Positions 43,548-54,710 of a DNA stretch of 64,000 nt are shown here, piece by piece. Origin of the DNA: Epithemia pelagica (taxonomy: Eukaryota > Protista > Bacillariophyta); assembly GCA_946965045.2 (NCBI GenBank), contig OX337236.1, positions 2,046,001 to 2,110,000 on the forward strand, read 5' to 3'. A model generated the notes under the pieces. The model was not told where the DNA came from. It saw only the letters and a list, made by a program, of their open reading frames with translations, and made no database searches. How positions within the stretch are numbered: the first letter of the stretch is position 1; each line of letters begins with the position of its first letter. The position numbers and the translations under genes are program-made.

Positions 43548-46500
43548 CTAAACTAGAAGTTGGGTGGGGTGATCGTGCGTGGAGTAGGCGGTGTGTGGGT
43601 TGAAAGGGTGGGGGAAGTAGCGGGTAGCGGGACAGACGGTGAAAACAGAAGATTTTTTGATTCTGCAAAGTTGACGTTGGTTGGAGAGGTGCAAGTCGGT
43701 GGTGACTAAAGCGTCGAGAACATGTTGTGCTAGTGCGGTGGTGATGGCATGTCCGAGAGTGAGCGTGGCGTGGCGTTGGAGTGACATTTGGAAAGGTTGG
43801 GGTTGTGGGTGGGTGCGCAGTTGGGCGGTATGGATGAGGTTTGAAGGTGCGAACTCCGTGAGGTTGTTGAAAGCCAAAAAACCATCGGGGTGGGCGAGGC
43901 AGCGGTCAGATTGGCCGAGTTGTGGTGTAGTCCAAGGCGGAGGGTTTGAGGGGGAGAGGGAATACCAGGGAGGAGGACCGAAGAAGAAAGTGTGGGCAAA
44001 ATGACCGAGGCCACCTAAGTGGTCGATGGAAAAAGGCAGGAGAAGGAAATTGTTGCTGTTGATAAGAGCGGTGGTGGTTATGTCATGAGTGAATTTGTGG
44101 CGCGCTGCCGCGTGGTGAATCGAGGATGCGTCGTTGGCAATGTTGTCGAACGATTGACCGGTGCGGCTATTGGCTTCGGAGTGAGGTGTTGGAGGCAAAT
44201 GAGGGTGGGCGGGGGGAATTGTGATGTCGATGGCAACATAGTGGAAGCAGTCGTTGGGGAGTGGTGGATGGAGGGCAAGGCCAATGTCGGCCGGGCGGAT
44301 ATTTCTGGGGTGGTGTGGTAGTAAGTTCGTTGGTTCAAGGTGGATGTCGTACTGGGTGCGGGTCCATTCGGCCCGAGGGGCAAGCTCTTGCGTGAGGAAG
44401 AACACGGCATCTCGTAGTTTGTTGGAAAGTTTGGTTTTATGGTGTTTTGAGCATGAAAAGAAGTGATCGCCGTACGGGTCAAGTTGTGGGTGATTGGAAC
44501 AAAAACAAGAAAGAGGAAAATGCGCGGGAAGGAAGGGAAGACGGATTTTTGTGAGATGGCAATTTGAAATAAAGCATTGGGGATGCGGAAGTGATGAAGA
44601 GAACGAGGTTGATGTAGCGTACAAGAGGTCAGCCGTGACAAAGCAGATGGGAGGGAGCGTTGAAGTCTGGGCGGGGTGGAAGCAACAATCAACGGGAGCA
44701 GATGAGACTCCTGATTGTAGATTGTGAGCTGTCGTTGGGCATCGGGTGGGTAGGCAGCGGGGTTGGTGACATCGAAAAGTAGTTCGGAGGTGAACAACGA
44801 TCCGAAATGGTGGTGGATTTCGGCGAAGGAACGGGGTGTGGGGAGGAGTGTTGGGTGGTGAGTGGTGGGAGGAGAAAAAACATGGGTGTGAGCCTGTGGG
44901 TACTCTGGAGAGTTTGCGAGACGGAGGGATCGGCTGATGGAGTTTAAGAGGGAGGGAACTGCAGTGGTACGGTGGCATGGATATCCAAGTCCGCCGAGGG
45001 CTGTTGTGAGGTGAGCAAGATAGAGGGAGTGTATTGGGACGGTGGTAGTGTGGGTCAGGTGTTTGAGAAAGGTCGTGACGATGGTATCAAGACGTGGGGA
45101 GAGAAAGTTCGTCCAGAGTGTTGTGTCTGGGAGTGGATTCGAACGGTGTCGGAGGCGTAGGAGAATGTCCGCGGAGAGGAGGTGGGTGATTTTGGGGAGG
45201 ATGCTGGATCGGAAGAGAATGGATTTGGTTTGGGAGTTGGGTAGGGATTGGACGGCTGTCGCGGAGAATTCGATGGTGTCAAGTTTTTGGGTAAGAAATT
45301 GTTGAATGAATGTATCGCTTCCGATTGGGTGGCCTAAGAAACGTGTTCCTGTGGTAATTTCAGCTTCTGAGGGGTTGGACGGGTTGAGAAATGAGAGTGC
45401 CTGTTGAAGGTGTTGGCGGTTTGATGGGGTAAGGGCGGGTAAGGGGCTGTGGCCGTTGGTGGAAGATAAGATTTTGGTTTTTGCCTTGTTGAGATGTATG
45501 CCAAACTTTTGTCCCAGTTGTTCGAAGTTTTGAAGAAAGGGAAGGAGATCTTGGTGGAGTAGACAGACGGATGTGTCGTCCATGACACTTGCGGTGTGGC
45601 TGGTGCCACCCATGTTGTCGTCGTAGAGGAGGTGTTGTTTGATTCGTTCTAGGGCACGGGTGGAAAGGTTTTTGTTGATGGTGGCGGTGAGCGTGGCGAG
45701 TACGAGACAAGCGAACAGTGGACTGAGGGGGCAGCCTTGGCTGAACCCTTCCGGTTGGTTGAGGGTTTGATTTTTCCCATGCTGGTCTTGGTACCAGTTT
45801 GTTGTGTCATTGGAGTACAGTAGGTCAAAGAGTGATACAAGTGGCTTGGTGGCTGGGTGGGATTGAAGTATTTCGCGGCAACGGGTGCGAGAGCATGCGT
45901 TGAACATGTTCGTCAAGTCAAGAAGGATGAGGGCTCTGGTGGGTGGGGTGGTATGGGTGGCGTCAGTGGTGACGTATCGGTCGATCTGTTGTTGGGTGAG
46001 ATGGGCGGTGAAATCTACGCCGCCGCTGGTGTTGATTCCATATTGTCCTTGGGTTGTGAGGATGGGTTCGATGTCGTCAGCTGTGATGGTTAGAGCAATT
46101 GTGGCTGCCGCGCGGCGAAGAGCTGTCCCGATGCCGATCGGGCGTAATTTATCAAGGTTGGAGATATCTTTGTGAAGAGCGAAGAAATGGATGGACGAGA
46201 AATACGGGCGAATTGGAGATGGGAGTTGGTTGTTTAGGATTTGAGCAAAGAGGTGTTTCAGGTTGTGGAAGTACGGCCAATCGGCGGAGGGATGGGTGGT
46301 GGACCTGTGGAGTCCAAGTGCCCGGATTGTGTCGATGGATGCAGAGAATGGGCCAGGGGCGGTTCCTTGGCTAAGTCGGTGGAGTGCCTTTTCAAAGGTG
46401 TTGTCGGTGATGGTGTTGTTGTGGGTGGGGGTATATTGCTGGTTTCGGAGGTGGTGTGGGGGATCTAGGCGGGGCGGGTACAGGGATGTTTCAACAATTT

Positions 46501-47403
46501 CGATCCTATCGGGAGTAAGGGTGGCGATGGGCATGGTTGCTGTGAGTCTGTTGTGGGCGGCCCGAATGTTTCCGAGGTCGGCGGCTTGTTGGGCGAATGT
46601 GGCCATTGATTGTGGGGTTGGTTTTGGGGGTTGGTGGTTTTGTTTGTGTTTGTTGGTGCGGTTGCGTCTGTGTGGCGGGGTTGTTGTTTTGTCTGGATGC
46701 CAAATTGAGTCAAAGAGATGGATGAGATCCCCTTGTATGAGTTGGGCGACTCTATGTTTTAAGGCGTTGTGGTGTGTACGGTGTTGGGTTTGTTGGATGG
46801 GGGCGAGGAGGAGGGCTTCGATGATGAATAATAATTTCCAGAAAGGGGTGCTGTCTGTGTTGTGTTTGGGTTGCGACGTTGGTGATTCTGTCGTGGCGAA
46901 GGGAAGGGAGGCTTGGTTGGTCCATTGTATGACCATGTTGAAGGTTTGAAGAAAGAGGCGTTTGGCTTGGGGTTTGAGTTTGGTGAATGACTACCGGCGG
47001 AAGGGTGGAGGAGTGAGGGGGAGATTGTGGAGGAAGGCTAGTTGGTCTAGCCATTGTTGTGATTGTGTTGGTGAGAGGTGTCGGAGGTTGGATCGGATGA
47101 TGTCGAGGTTTGTGGCTTGGCGGCAGTGGCTTTTGTTGGTGTGCGTTTGAAGGTGTCTTGGGGTGAGGAAGATTGCGGTTGGTTCGTTGCATAGACGGCA
47201 GGGGTGGAGGTTGTGGTGGTGACAAAAGCGGTCGGTAAGGTGTGTGGTTGGCTCGTCGAGGTGGGCTTGTTGGAGGTGGAGGCGAATTTGATCGGTGGTT
47301 TGTCGTTGGGTGGAGGCGGGGTGGAATGCCAAGAGCAATTGGGGTAGGGGCAAGTGGTTTGGGAGGGTGGTGTCGTGGGTTTGGAGTGTTTTGGGCTACT
47401 CAT
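43548..47403 (-). pseudogene. ORF2: two C2H2 zinc fingers, RT, then CCHC/RLE; disrupted
   Basis: CPYPNC..H...H and CRLC..H...H; RT LRPIGIG, QYGINTSGG, DLTNMFN, QGCPLSP, VMDD, FLGHPIG, GGLG; RLE CFC..D.YGDHFFSC, RPADI, IDIT, PFSIDHLGGLG. Frameshift near 47335, TAG at 46991-46993, frameshift near 44560. Confidence 0.85.
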
Positions 47404-50400
47404 TGTTTGTTTGTCCCCCCGTGGGGTCGGTGGAGTTTGTGGGGTTTTCGTCGATTTCCATGTCGGTTGTGGGGTTGTTGTTGGGGTTATTGTGGGGTTC
47501 TGGTTGGAAGATGGTGTTGGGGTCTTGGATTAGGTTGTGGGCGAATTGCCAGATTGTTTTGGCATCGGTGTCGTTGAAGGAGGCGAGTTTGTCGACGAGT
47601 TGGTCTGTGAAAGTGGTCAGCAGGGAGGGGTCGTTGCTCCTGAGGTAGTCGTCGAGCAATTCTAGCTCATGAGTGGTGTCCTGGGAAAAATGGTTCGACG
47701 GGATGCGGTAGAGTAGGTGGTCTGGGGGTCGTTGGTTGTCGTCGTGTTCGTCTTCCTGAGAGGAGAAGAGATTAGAGTCGGGTGGTGGTGTGGTTGGTGT
47801 GGTGGTAGGTTCCTTGGTTGGTGTTGCGGTGGGGTTATTCGTTGGGTTGGGTTCCTCGTCGTCGGAATCGTCGGCAAGTGCACTGTAGGGGTTGTTGGAG
47901 GTGTTGTGATTGGTGGTGGTGGCTGTGGCCGGTGTGATTGTGATGGGGCCGTTGTGATTTGTTGGTGTTTTGGTATTGTCGTCCGGAGAGGCGGGGCGTT
48001 TTCGCGTGGGAGTTTCGGTGATTGGGGTGGTATTGGGGTTGGATGATTGGAGGTGGTTCGCAGGTTGGTTAAACCGGCTGGCAAGGGCGGCCAGACGTTT
48101 GGTGCGATTGGCAGAGGAGGGGCGGTGATTGGGGGTGGATGGTGGGATTTTGGCCGTGACAGCTGCCATGGTTTGGTGGAGCAGGTGAGAGGGGAATCCG
48201 GCGAGTTTCTCTCGGATGTTTGTGGGGTTGATGTGCATTGTTCCTATGTTACAATGTAAATGGAGGTTGTAACTCTCTGGGGATGGGTTGTGGGCGGAAA
48301 ATTGTGGGAACAGTCCCCGATAGTCGGTGAGGTGGAAGAGTGCGTCCCAGTCGTCGGGAGATGCTGCTGGGTTGATGTTGTGGAGGCGGACGACGTGACA
48401 TTCCGCAAAATTTGTGTCTATGGTGCGCAGTGAGTCGATGTAATCTGATCTTTCAGATGGATTTTCGGGGAAGGGGAGAAGGTGAAAAGGGACCTTGTGG
48501 TATGTGAGGTCGTGTTGATTTGCTTGGGTGAACGCTTCTGCGGCGTCTAAGAGAAGTTCAAATTTCTCCAGGGAGGAGGAAGAGATGATGACGGTGGGGA
48601 GGGTGAGGGAAGGACCCTTGTTGGGTGGGTGTCCGGTGATGGTCCCGTCCCGGAGACCATAGTGCGTTGAAAAATCTGCCATGGAGTGTAGGTCGGGTGG
48701 GAGGTGGGGGAACAGTTGGTCTCTGATGGCTGTGAGCACGTGGAGGAGGGCTCGTTTGTGGAAGATTGTTTTGGGTGATAGGCCCGCGAGGAGGCCATAG
48801 CCGCGGCAATCTGGGTGGTTGCAGGCTGGTGCATACAGTTTGAGTTGGGGAGCGCGTTCGCTGGTGGTGGGGTTGGAATCCGGGGTGGCTGGTTGCAGGA
48901 TGTCTTGGAGGCCTGTGGTGGGGTCGTGGGTAAAGTCTTGGTGGTGGTGGTGGTTCCAACGTTGTAAGATGAATTTGAGCGCTTGCTCATGGTAGAGTTC
49001 TGAGTCGAATTGGTCTTGGGTGGTGGCGGGTTTCAGTACGACCTGGAAGGTAGAAACGTGTCCTCGTGGGGTGGTGTTGGGGCGGCGGGAGGGGGTCGGG
49101 ATCTTGGTGGTGAGGTAGTTGATTTCGTGGATGGCCAGAAGGATGGGTTGCTCACGTGTACGGTGGTGGTCGAGAGTTCCTTGAATTATATTTTTGATGG
49201 TGGTACCGGAGAGCGGTGGAAGGCGTTGTTCCCGGGTGGGGTCGGGCTCATGGTGCACGTAGGCATTCCAATAGATGTAGTTTGTGGTTATGGAGTCTTC
49301 GCTGTCGTCGTCGTTGTGGTAGGAGTAGGGACTGGGTGGCGTGGTGGGAGGGGTCGTGGGGTTGGGTTCCGAGTGTTTCTGGGTTTTGTAGGGATTCTTG
49401 GTGGGGTTGGTCTTGGGGTTGGGTTCCGAGTGTTTCTGGGTTTTGTAGGGATTCTTGGTGGGGTTGGTGCTGGGTGGGGGCTTGGAGGTGGGGACGCTGG
49501 GTGGGGACTTGGGTGGGGATGGAGGCTTGGTGGTAGTGGTACTGGGTGGGGTCGTGGTTGGAGTGGGGTTGGGGGAGGGGGGTGTGGTAGGGACGGAGCG
49601 GTGGATGCGGGGTGGGGTAGCTGGGGACGTCTTGGAGATCGCGAGGAAGGTTGGGTGGAGGGTAGGGACGGGAAGGGGCTTTTCAAGGATGGTTTTGGTG
49701 GTGGCCGAGTTCTTGTTTTTCTGTTTTTTTTTGGTTTTCTGCTTGTTAGGGAGTGGAGTGAGGGTGGAGAGTGGGACGTGGTTGGTGGAGTTGGTGAGGC
49801 AGTTCTGACGGGCAAGGGGAGGCGCCATGGTTGGAGGGAGGGAGCGTTGTGTTGCGAGCGAGATGAGGACTACGATGGGAAGGGGACAAAATGAATTTTG
49901 TGAGCAAGGATAGGCGGGGGAGATGGGTGGTGGTTGGGGGATGATGTGGATCTTGTTGGGTGTCAGAATTGTTGGTGAGTGTGGCTGGGAGTGTACTGAG
50001 CAAGGATAGGCGGGGGAGATGGGTGGTGGTTGGGGGATGATGTGGATCTTGTTGGGTGTCAGAATTGTTGCTGAGTGTGGCTGGGAGTGTACTGAGCAAG
50101 GATAGGCGGGGGAGATGGGTGGTGGTTGGGGGATGATGTGGATCTTGTTGGGTGTCAGAATTGTTGGTGAGTGTGGCTGGGAGTGTACTGGTGGTGGGAT
50201 GGTGTCGGTTTGCAGCTGGTGGGGGACGACGTGGAGTTTGGGAAGGTGTTCTTTGGTGTCACTGGATATGTTTCGGCAGTTGGTTGGGGGTCGGGGGCAT
50301 CTGGTTGGGGTCAGGGTGCTATGAGGTGGCGGAGTGGTGGTGTCGGTTGGGGGGAAAAGGCATCTGGTTGGGGTTCCTCGGCATCTGGTTTGGGTCGGGG

Positions 50401-50851
50401 GAAGGTGATGTGGTGTGGTGTTGATTTGCGTTGGGTTCGGGTGGTGTCTGTCTGTGGCTGGTTGGGGTTGTCGTGATTGGTTGGTGTCTAGATGGTTGGT
50501 TGGTTGGGGCCGATGGTAGGGCAGGGTTTGTTGTAGGGTGTGTGTGGTGGGTGGTAGGAGGTTGGTTGGGGACGGATGGAGTCTGGGGGCTGGGGGATGG
50601 GGATGGTAGGGTGTTTGGCATGGTGGGGGGTTGAGGGAATGGTCGTCTTGGAAGGTGGGTGTGCTCAATACAGTGAGGAGCAGCATGTGGATGGGGTGTG
50701 TTAGACCTCCGGTGATGGTTGTGTCGGTGGGGAGGAGTGCTGGTGGACTGGTGGAGGTGGTGGGTGCCGTGTGGCCGTAACGGGGCGGAAAGGGACTCGT
50801 CGCTGGCGGGGAGAGCAAAAACGGCGGTTTCCGCGGCCGGTGTGTCCTCAT
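47396..50851 (-). CDS. ORF1 of the non-LTR element (P/T/H-rich, about 1150 aa, unknown function)
   Basis: Uninterrupted ORF starting at GCCACC-ATG (50851). A globular C-terminal half (CNHPDC, CHVVRLHN) is flanked by low-complexity regions. Its stop overlaps the ORF2 start (ATGAGTAG). Confidence 0.7.
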   Translation of the reverse strand: MRTHRPRKPPFLLSPPATSPFPPRYGHTAPTTSTSPPALLPTDTTITGGLTHPIHMLLLTVLSTPTFQDDHSLNPPPCQTPYHPHPPAPRLHPSPTNLLPPTTHTLQQTLPYHRPQPTNHLDTNQSRQPQPATDRHHPNPTQINTTPHHLPPTQTRCRGTPTRCLFPPTDTTTPPPHSTLTPTRCPRPPTNCRNISSDTKEHLPKLHVVPHQLQTDTIPPPVHSQPHSPTILTPNKIHIIPQPPPISPAYPCSVHSQPHSATILTPNKIHIIPQPPPISPAYPCSVHSQPHSPTILTPNKIHIIPQPPPISPAYPCSQNSFCPLPIVVLISLATQRSLPPTMAPPLARQNCLTNSTNHVPLSTLTPLPNKQKTKKKQKNKNSATTKTILEKPLPVPTLHPTFLAISKTSPATPPRIHRSVPTTPPSPNPTPTTTPPSTTTTKPPSPPKSPPSVPTSKPPPSTNPTKNPYKTQKHSEPNPKTNPTKNPYKTQKHSEPNPTTPPTTPPSPYSYHNDDDSEDSITTNYIYWNAYVHHEPDPTREQRLPPLSGTTIKNIIQGTLDHHRTREQPILLAIHEINYLTTKIPTPSRRPNTTPRGHVSTFQVVLKPATTQDQFDSELYHEQALKFILQRWNHHHHQDFTHDPTTGLQDILQPATPDSNPTTSERAPQLKLYAPACNHPDCRGYGLLAGLSPKTIFHKRALLHVLTAIRDQLFPHLPPDLHSMADFSTHYGLRDGTITGHPPNKGPSLTLPTVIISSSSLEKFELLLDAAEAFTQANQHDLTYHKVPFHLLPFPENPSERSDYIDSLRTIDTNFAECHVVRLHNINPAASPDDWDALFHLTDYRGLFPQFSAHNPSPESYNLHLHCNIGTMHINPTNIREKLAGFPSHLLHQTMAAVTAKIPPSTPNHRPSSANRTKRLAALASRFNQPANHLQSSNPNTTPITETPTRKRPASPDDNTKTPTNHNGPITITPATATTTNHNTSNNPYSALADDSDDEEPNPTNNPTATPTKEPTTTPTTPPPDSNLFSSQEDEHDDNQRPPDHLLYRIPSNHFSQDTTHELELLDDYLRSNDPSLLTTFTDQLVDKLASFNDTDAKTIWQFAHNLIQDPNTIFQPEPHNNPNNNPTTDMEIDENPTNSTDPTGGQTNNE
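49357..49468. repeat. 57-bp tandem duplication in ORF1
   Basis: Two copies encoding PTKNPYKTQKHSEPNP. Confidence 0.9.
49901..50188. repeat. 96-bp x3 tandem repeat in ORF1
   Basis: Units start at 49901, 49997 and 50093, with one substitution seen. They encode VHSQPHSPTILTPNKIHIIPQPPPISPAYPCS. Confidence 0.95.
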
Positions 50852-51659
50852 GGTGGCGACCAGGGACTCCGACAGTACCGGTATGGTATGGAAGTAGGTC
50901 TCGGTTCTATTACAATGCTGGATCTCCAAGTCTCTCAATTCGGTTTCCGCTGTTCCGAGTTTTTTTTTTCTCTCTCGATGAGAAATTAATGTTGTGTTGG
51001 CGGTTGGCGTTTGCTGTGGGTGTGGGGTCCTCGCGTGGTTCTGTGTGGGGAGTTGGGAGGCTGCAACGGTATGTTTTCCCAGCGCTTGGCATCTTTTCAA
51101 AAAGCTTGAATCTCTTTACAAAACCGTCCGAACAACGAGGGATAGTGACCGTCTGTACTTTGTCAAAGCAAGATATTCTGACGTCAGCAAATTCAAATTT
51201 CAAAATTATCTCTTAAAAATTAAATTTGAGCTTCGAATATTGGGGATGTCAAAATCCTCCGCTCTCGATAAAAGACCCACGACCTCCTCCAAATTCTACT
51301 CCTATTAGCGTTCGCAGCTCTCTCAAGACTCAAGACGGGTTTTGGGTAGCTCGACGCCCAAACGTTCTTCGTCACAGAAGTGCGCATTGTTGATTGATGA
51401 TTGGGCATTGGGTACCGACGAAAATGCATATGGCCATTGGCGATAGGTATTTGCATGCTTTTGACGTTATCTATTAGGAATATCAACTTATTTTATGTAC
51501 TTCTCAGCGCTGTTTCAACTATCAGTCCTTCGGACGAGCCCCATCTATTCGCTCCCACTGGAATTCGCAGCTATCCGTTCTTTGCTTTTCAGAAAGGGGT
51601 CCCTCATTCCGAACTGTCGACAATCGTCACTGCGAACGGAGATTAGACGCACAGTGAGT

Positions 51660-53130
51660 TCTACAAGAGAGTAAGTCTACTACTAGAGTATCTACCTAGC
51701 TCTAGCTAGAGCTAGCGGATGTCGAACGCGTCGAACAAGGCCTTTTTTCTTTTTTCTGTTTCTCAGTAGCTAGGTAGAGTAGGTAGCTACAATAGGAGGA
51801 GTCCTCACTCCTCACCCCTAACTCTACCGGTAGCCGGTAGACTATCTCTCGCTAGGAGTACTTCTGGTTCTTTAGAAGATGCCTCTATACTTCAGAGAAT
51901 AAGATGACTATGGATGCTACGCCTGGAGGGTTCCTGTTTCGCACTTCAAAGGTCGACTTGTACAGCGAGCTAAATGAGAAAAGAAACATCCAGCGAAATA
52001 TCAGCTCGTTAGAAGCTAGGTCCTCGTTCGGATTTCCCATTTGGTGTCTTATTTCGATTCTCGGATGCTCTTGCCATATGACTTTTGATTGGCTACTTAA
52101 ATTTAGCTATCTGGTTTGTTGTGGGTTCTTTATGTCCCGCTTTCTGATAGGGTGGTATAAGTACGAGTAGTAGTACGAGTACTCGTAGTGTCTGTGATTG
52201 CTGATTGCTAGAGGTGGGTCCAGCAACAGCTTATCGCTGCTGGAGCTAGGTAAGCGCTGGAGACGTCTCTGCTGGAGCTAGGTATGCGCGTCCGCTGGAG
52301 AAAAGACTACCTGTGCTTCCAGGATGAAAATGCTTAGCTAGAAGCTTGTGAATCTATCCTACGGTGAGAACACATGTTCCCAATTCTCACGTAAAAACTG
52401 TAAATCTGTAACGACGGTGGAAGGGTCCAGTGATGCTTGTTTCGCAGATATGATCAGTCCTGCAATACTGAACGCCGGTTCAGAAGAGGCAGCAGTCGCA
52501 GGCAATGCAAGATATTTTCTTGCTAGGCGCCAAATGTTGGGAAATTCACTTACTTTCATCTTCCACCATGACACTCTTTCACCTTTCATGAGTCATCATC
52601 ATCACTGCAAGCACACATTTTGGAAGGCTGTGTGGAGCAAATGAATGACACAGGGTCAGTAATGACCAGTACGGAGCAAATGAATGACATACAACAGTCA
52701 CCGACAACGGTGACCGATGTAGCGCTTACCTGCTTACTTTTCCAGCAACAGAAAATCTCTGCTGGAGATTTTTCTAGCGCTGGATCTCCAGCGCTGGAGC
52801 TGCTGGAGCGCTTACCGCTGGACCTACCTCTACTGATTGCTGATCGTCGACTGTCGTCCGGGGAAAACCACCTATTGTACTCGTACAAGAAGAAGACTAT
52901 GGACCAGTAAGAACGGTATTTTTCCGTGTATAGTCGAATCACACTCTCTATCGTTCCATCTTTCGAGAAGAGGAGTCTCCCGCGATCTAAAGAATCGAAG
53001 TGCTTGTCCCTGCTGATCCAGCCTCCTGTGAATTGTGCGCTAAAAGACAAAGTACGCGGAGGAAGAGCACCCACTAAGAGGAATGGCGATTGGCGCTGTT
53101 TGAAGTTCAGCACTGATTTTTCATTTTTCA
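51660..53130 (-). mobile_element. hAT transposon remnant with AGCT/CTAG/GTAC-rich and GCTGGAG-repeat flanks; boundaries approximate
   Basis: ORF 52359..52589 encodes the hAT C-terminal dimerisation motif (WWK....FPNIWRLARKYLALPATAASSE.AFS.AG). The rest of the transposase is absent. Confidence 0.65.
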
Positions 53131-53354
53131 TCAGGGTTGGTCTTAACAAGCGTGAAATTTCACATGTTTCACACTAAAACACCTTCGGTTTGTCACAGTT
53201 TTTAGACGTGAAATCCTAGGGTCTAAACGATGTGAAATGTTTTCACACCCTCCCACGACTTCCCCCACACCATCATCCATCTGATCCGCACGTACGACAA
53301 CAAAAACCAATAACCACACTTTGATTGTTGTGCACATATTGATTGTTGTGCACG

Positions 53355-54692
53355 ATGAATCTCTTGACAATGGAGGAAGAAGAAGAAATTGCTGAACAGG
53401 AGACAGCATTTGATGTTCTTGGTTTGATTCAGCTATGGATGCAGATCAAACAACAAGAAACACCAAGAGTACCAAGAAGTCGTTCACCAAGTTGTCCCCT
53501 CAAGCTACTCCACTGGGAAACTTTTGTGGCTGCGCAGATGGCGAACAATCCGAAAGACTTCGAGAAGTGCATCAGAATGCCTGTGGATGCATTCGCAAAA
53601 CTCCATATCTTGATCAAAGAGAAGCTTCACAAGGACGAGGACATGGCAGCACGTCGGGGTGGAGCCATACCCACTGAACTAAGGCTTTACATGACCCTTC
53701 GTTATCTAGGAGGGGGTGCAATGCACGACATCCGAAGAACTGTGGATGTCAAGAAATCAACAGCTTATGCTGTTGTTTATGAAGTGTGCCAGGTCATTCA
53801 AGCTACTCAGCAGCTGCAGATGGAATTTCCGCTGACAGAGCAGGAATGCCAAGAGGCAGCACTAGCCTTTCGTAGCATTTCATTTGACGAAGCAATTGTG
53901 AATTGCGTTGGAGCAATCGATGGATACTTGCTCCACACGGAGCAACCAAGAAAAAAACTCGTTGGGAATCAGAGGCAATATTACTCTGGACACTACAAGA
54001 AATTTGGGATAAACATTCAAGCTGCATGCGATCATGAATGTAAGTTCACATACTTTGCACTAGCCGGACCAGGAAGCATGAATGATAAAGTCGCGGTCAA
54101 CGAATGCTCTTTGGGAGCCCTGATCAGCAGACTTCCTCAAGGTTTTTGTGTCATTGGAGACGCCGCCTATGAGCCTACTGAGCGTCTAACACCTATTTTT
54201 TACGGTGTTACAAAAGAAGAGCCACTTTATGACAACTTCAATTTCTTTGCTTCGCAGCTGCGGATCAGGATTGAAATGACTTTTGGCTTGATGCAAATGA
54301 AATGGCGCTTCCTCTTGCAAGCACGGCAAGCCACAAGAAGACTTCCAACCTACGTCATGGCAATTGCTCTACTCCACAACTATGTCACGAACTGTAGATT
54401 GCAACAGAATGCGTCAGTGGAAGAGATGCTCCGACAAGAGTCCCAACAAGATGAAACTTTGTTGCCTTCACAGCCTGTGGACCTAGAAGGAAATGTCATG
54501 TTGTATGATGAGAATGGTAATATTGTCAGACGAAGCTTACCTAAGGGACACTCCATTCTTCGCCATCTTATGGCTTTACGAATTCAAGAAAAAAATCTTC
54601 ATCGCCCAGTAACCAACATTAGGAGGCATTCGACTGAAGACAATGCCGACTCCGCAGAGGTTGAGATAGAGAATAATGCAGAAAATGATTAA
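53355..54692 (+). CDS. Harbinger DDE nuclease (HARBI1/DDE_Tnp_4-like)
   Basis: LYMTLRYLGGG HTH region, GAIDGY, INIQAACD, IGDAAY, RIRIEMTFG..MKWR and LLHNY. Confidence 0.93.
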   Translation: MNLLTMEEEEEIAEQETAFDVLGLIQLWMQIKQQETPRVPRSRSPSCPLKLLHWETFVAAQMANNPKDFEKCIRMPVDAFAKLHILIKEKLHKDEDMAARRGGAIPTELRLYMTLRYLGGGAMHDIRRTVDVKKSTAYAVVYEVCQVIQATQQLQMEFPLTEQECQEAALAFRSISFDEAIVNCVGAIDGYLLHTEQPRKKLVGNQRQYYSGHYKKFGINIQAACDHECKFTYFALAGPGSMNDKVAVNECSLGALISRLPQGFCVIGDAAYEPTERLTPIFYGVTKEEPLYDNFNFFASQLRIRIEMTFGLMQMKWRFLLQARQATRRLPTYVMAIALLHNYVTNCRLQQNASVEEMLRQESQQDETLLPSQPVDLEGNVMLYDENGNIVRRSLPKGHSILRHLMALRIQEKNLHRPVTNIRRHSTEDNADSAEVEIENNAEND

Positions 54693-54710
54693 AGATCTCA
54701 ACACATATAC

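Larger units (their letters stand above)
43513..51100 (-). mobile_element. CRE-clade-like non-LTR retrotransposon (RT plus restriction-like endonuclease) with an extra ORF1; 5' end approximate
   Basis: A8 tail at 43513-43520, 27 nt after the ORF2 stop. RT and RLE motifs present. Strong G+T skew on the + strand across the whole span. No TSD found. Confidence 0.85.

Noticed and set aside
49901-50188. CRISPR-like array
   Set aside because: Contiguous 96-bp units with no unique spacers, inside a eukaryotic coding sequence, and no cas genes.
49010-50634. Long Gly/Val/Trp-rich plus-strand ORFs
   Set aside because: Shadow ORFs caused by the G+T skew and the repeats antisense to ORF1.
50959-51070. 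Poly(A) end of a second head-to-tail copy of the non-LTR element
   Set aside because: The sequence next to the T run does not match the element's 3' end at 43521-43600, and no TSD or telomeric repeats were found.
52586-53177. ORFs 52586..53149 (-) and 52620..52910 (+) as genes
   Set aside because: No recognisable motifs; they run through repeat-rich TE flank and cross the Harbinger TIR.
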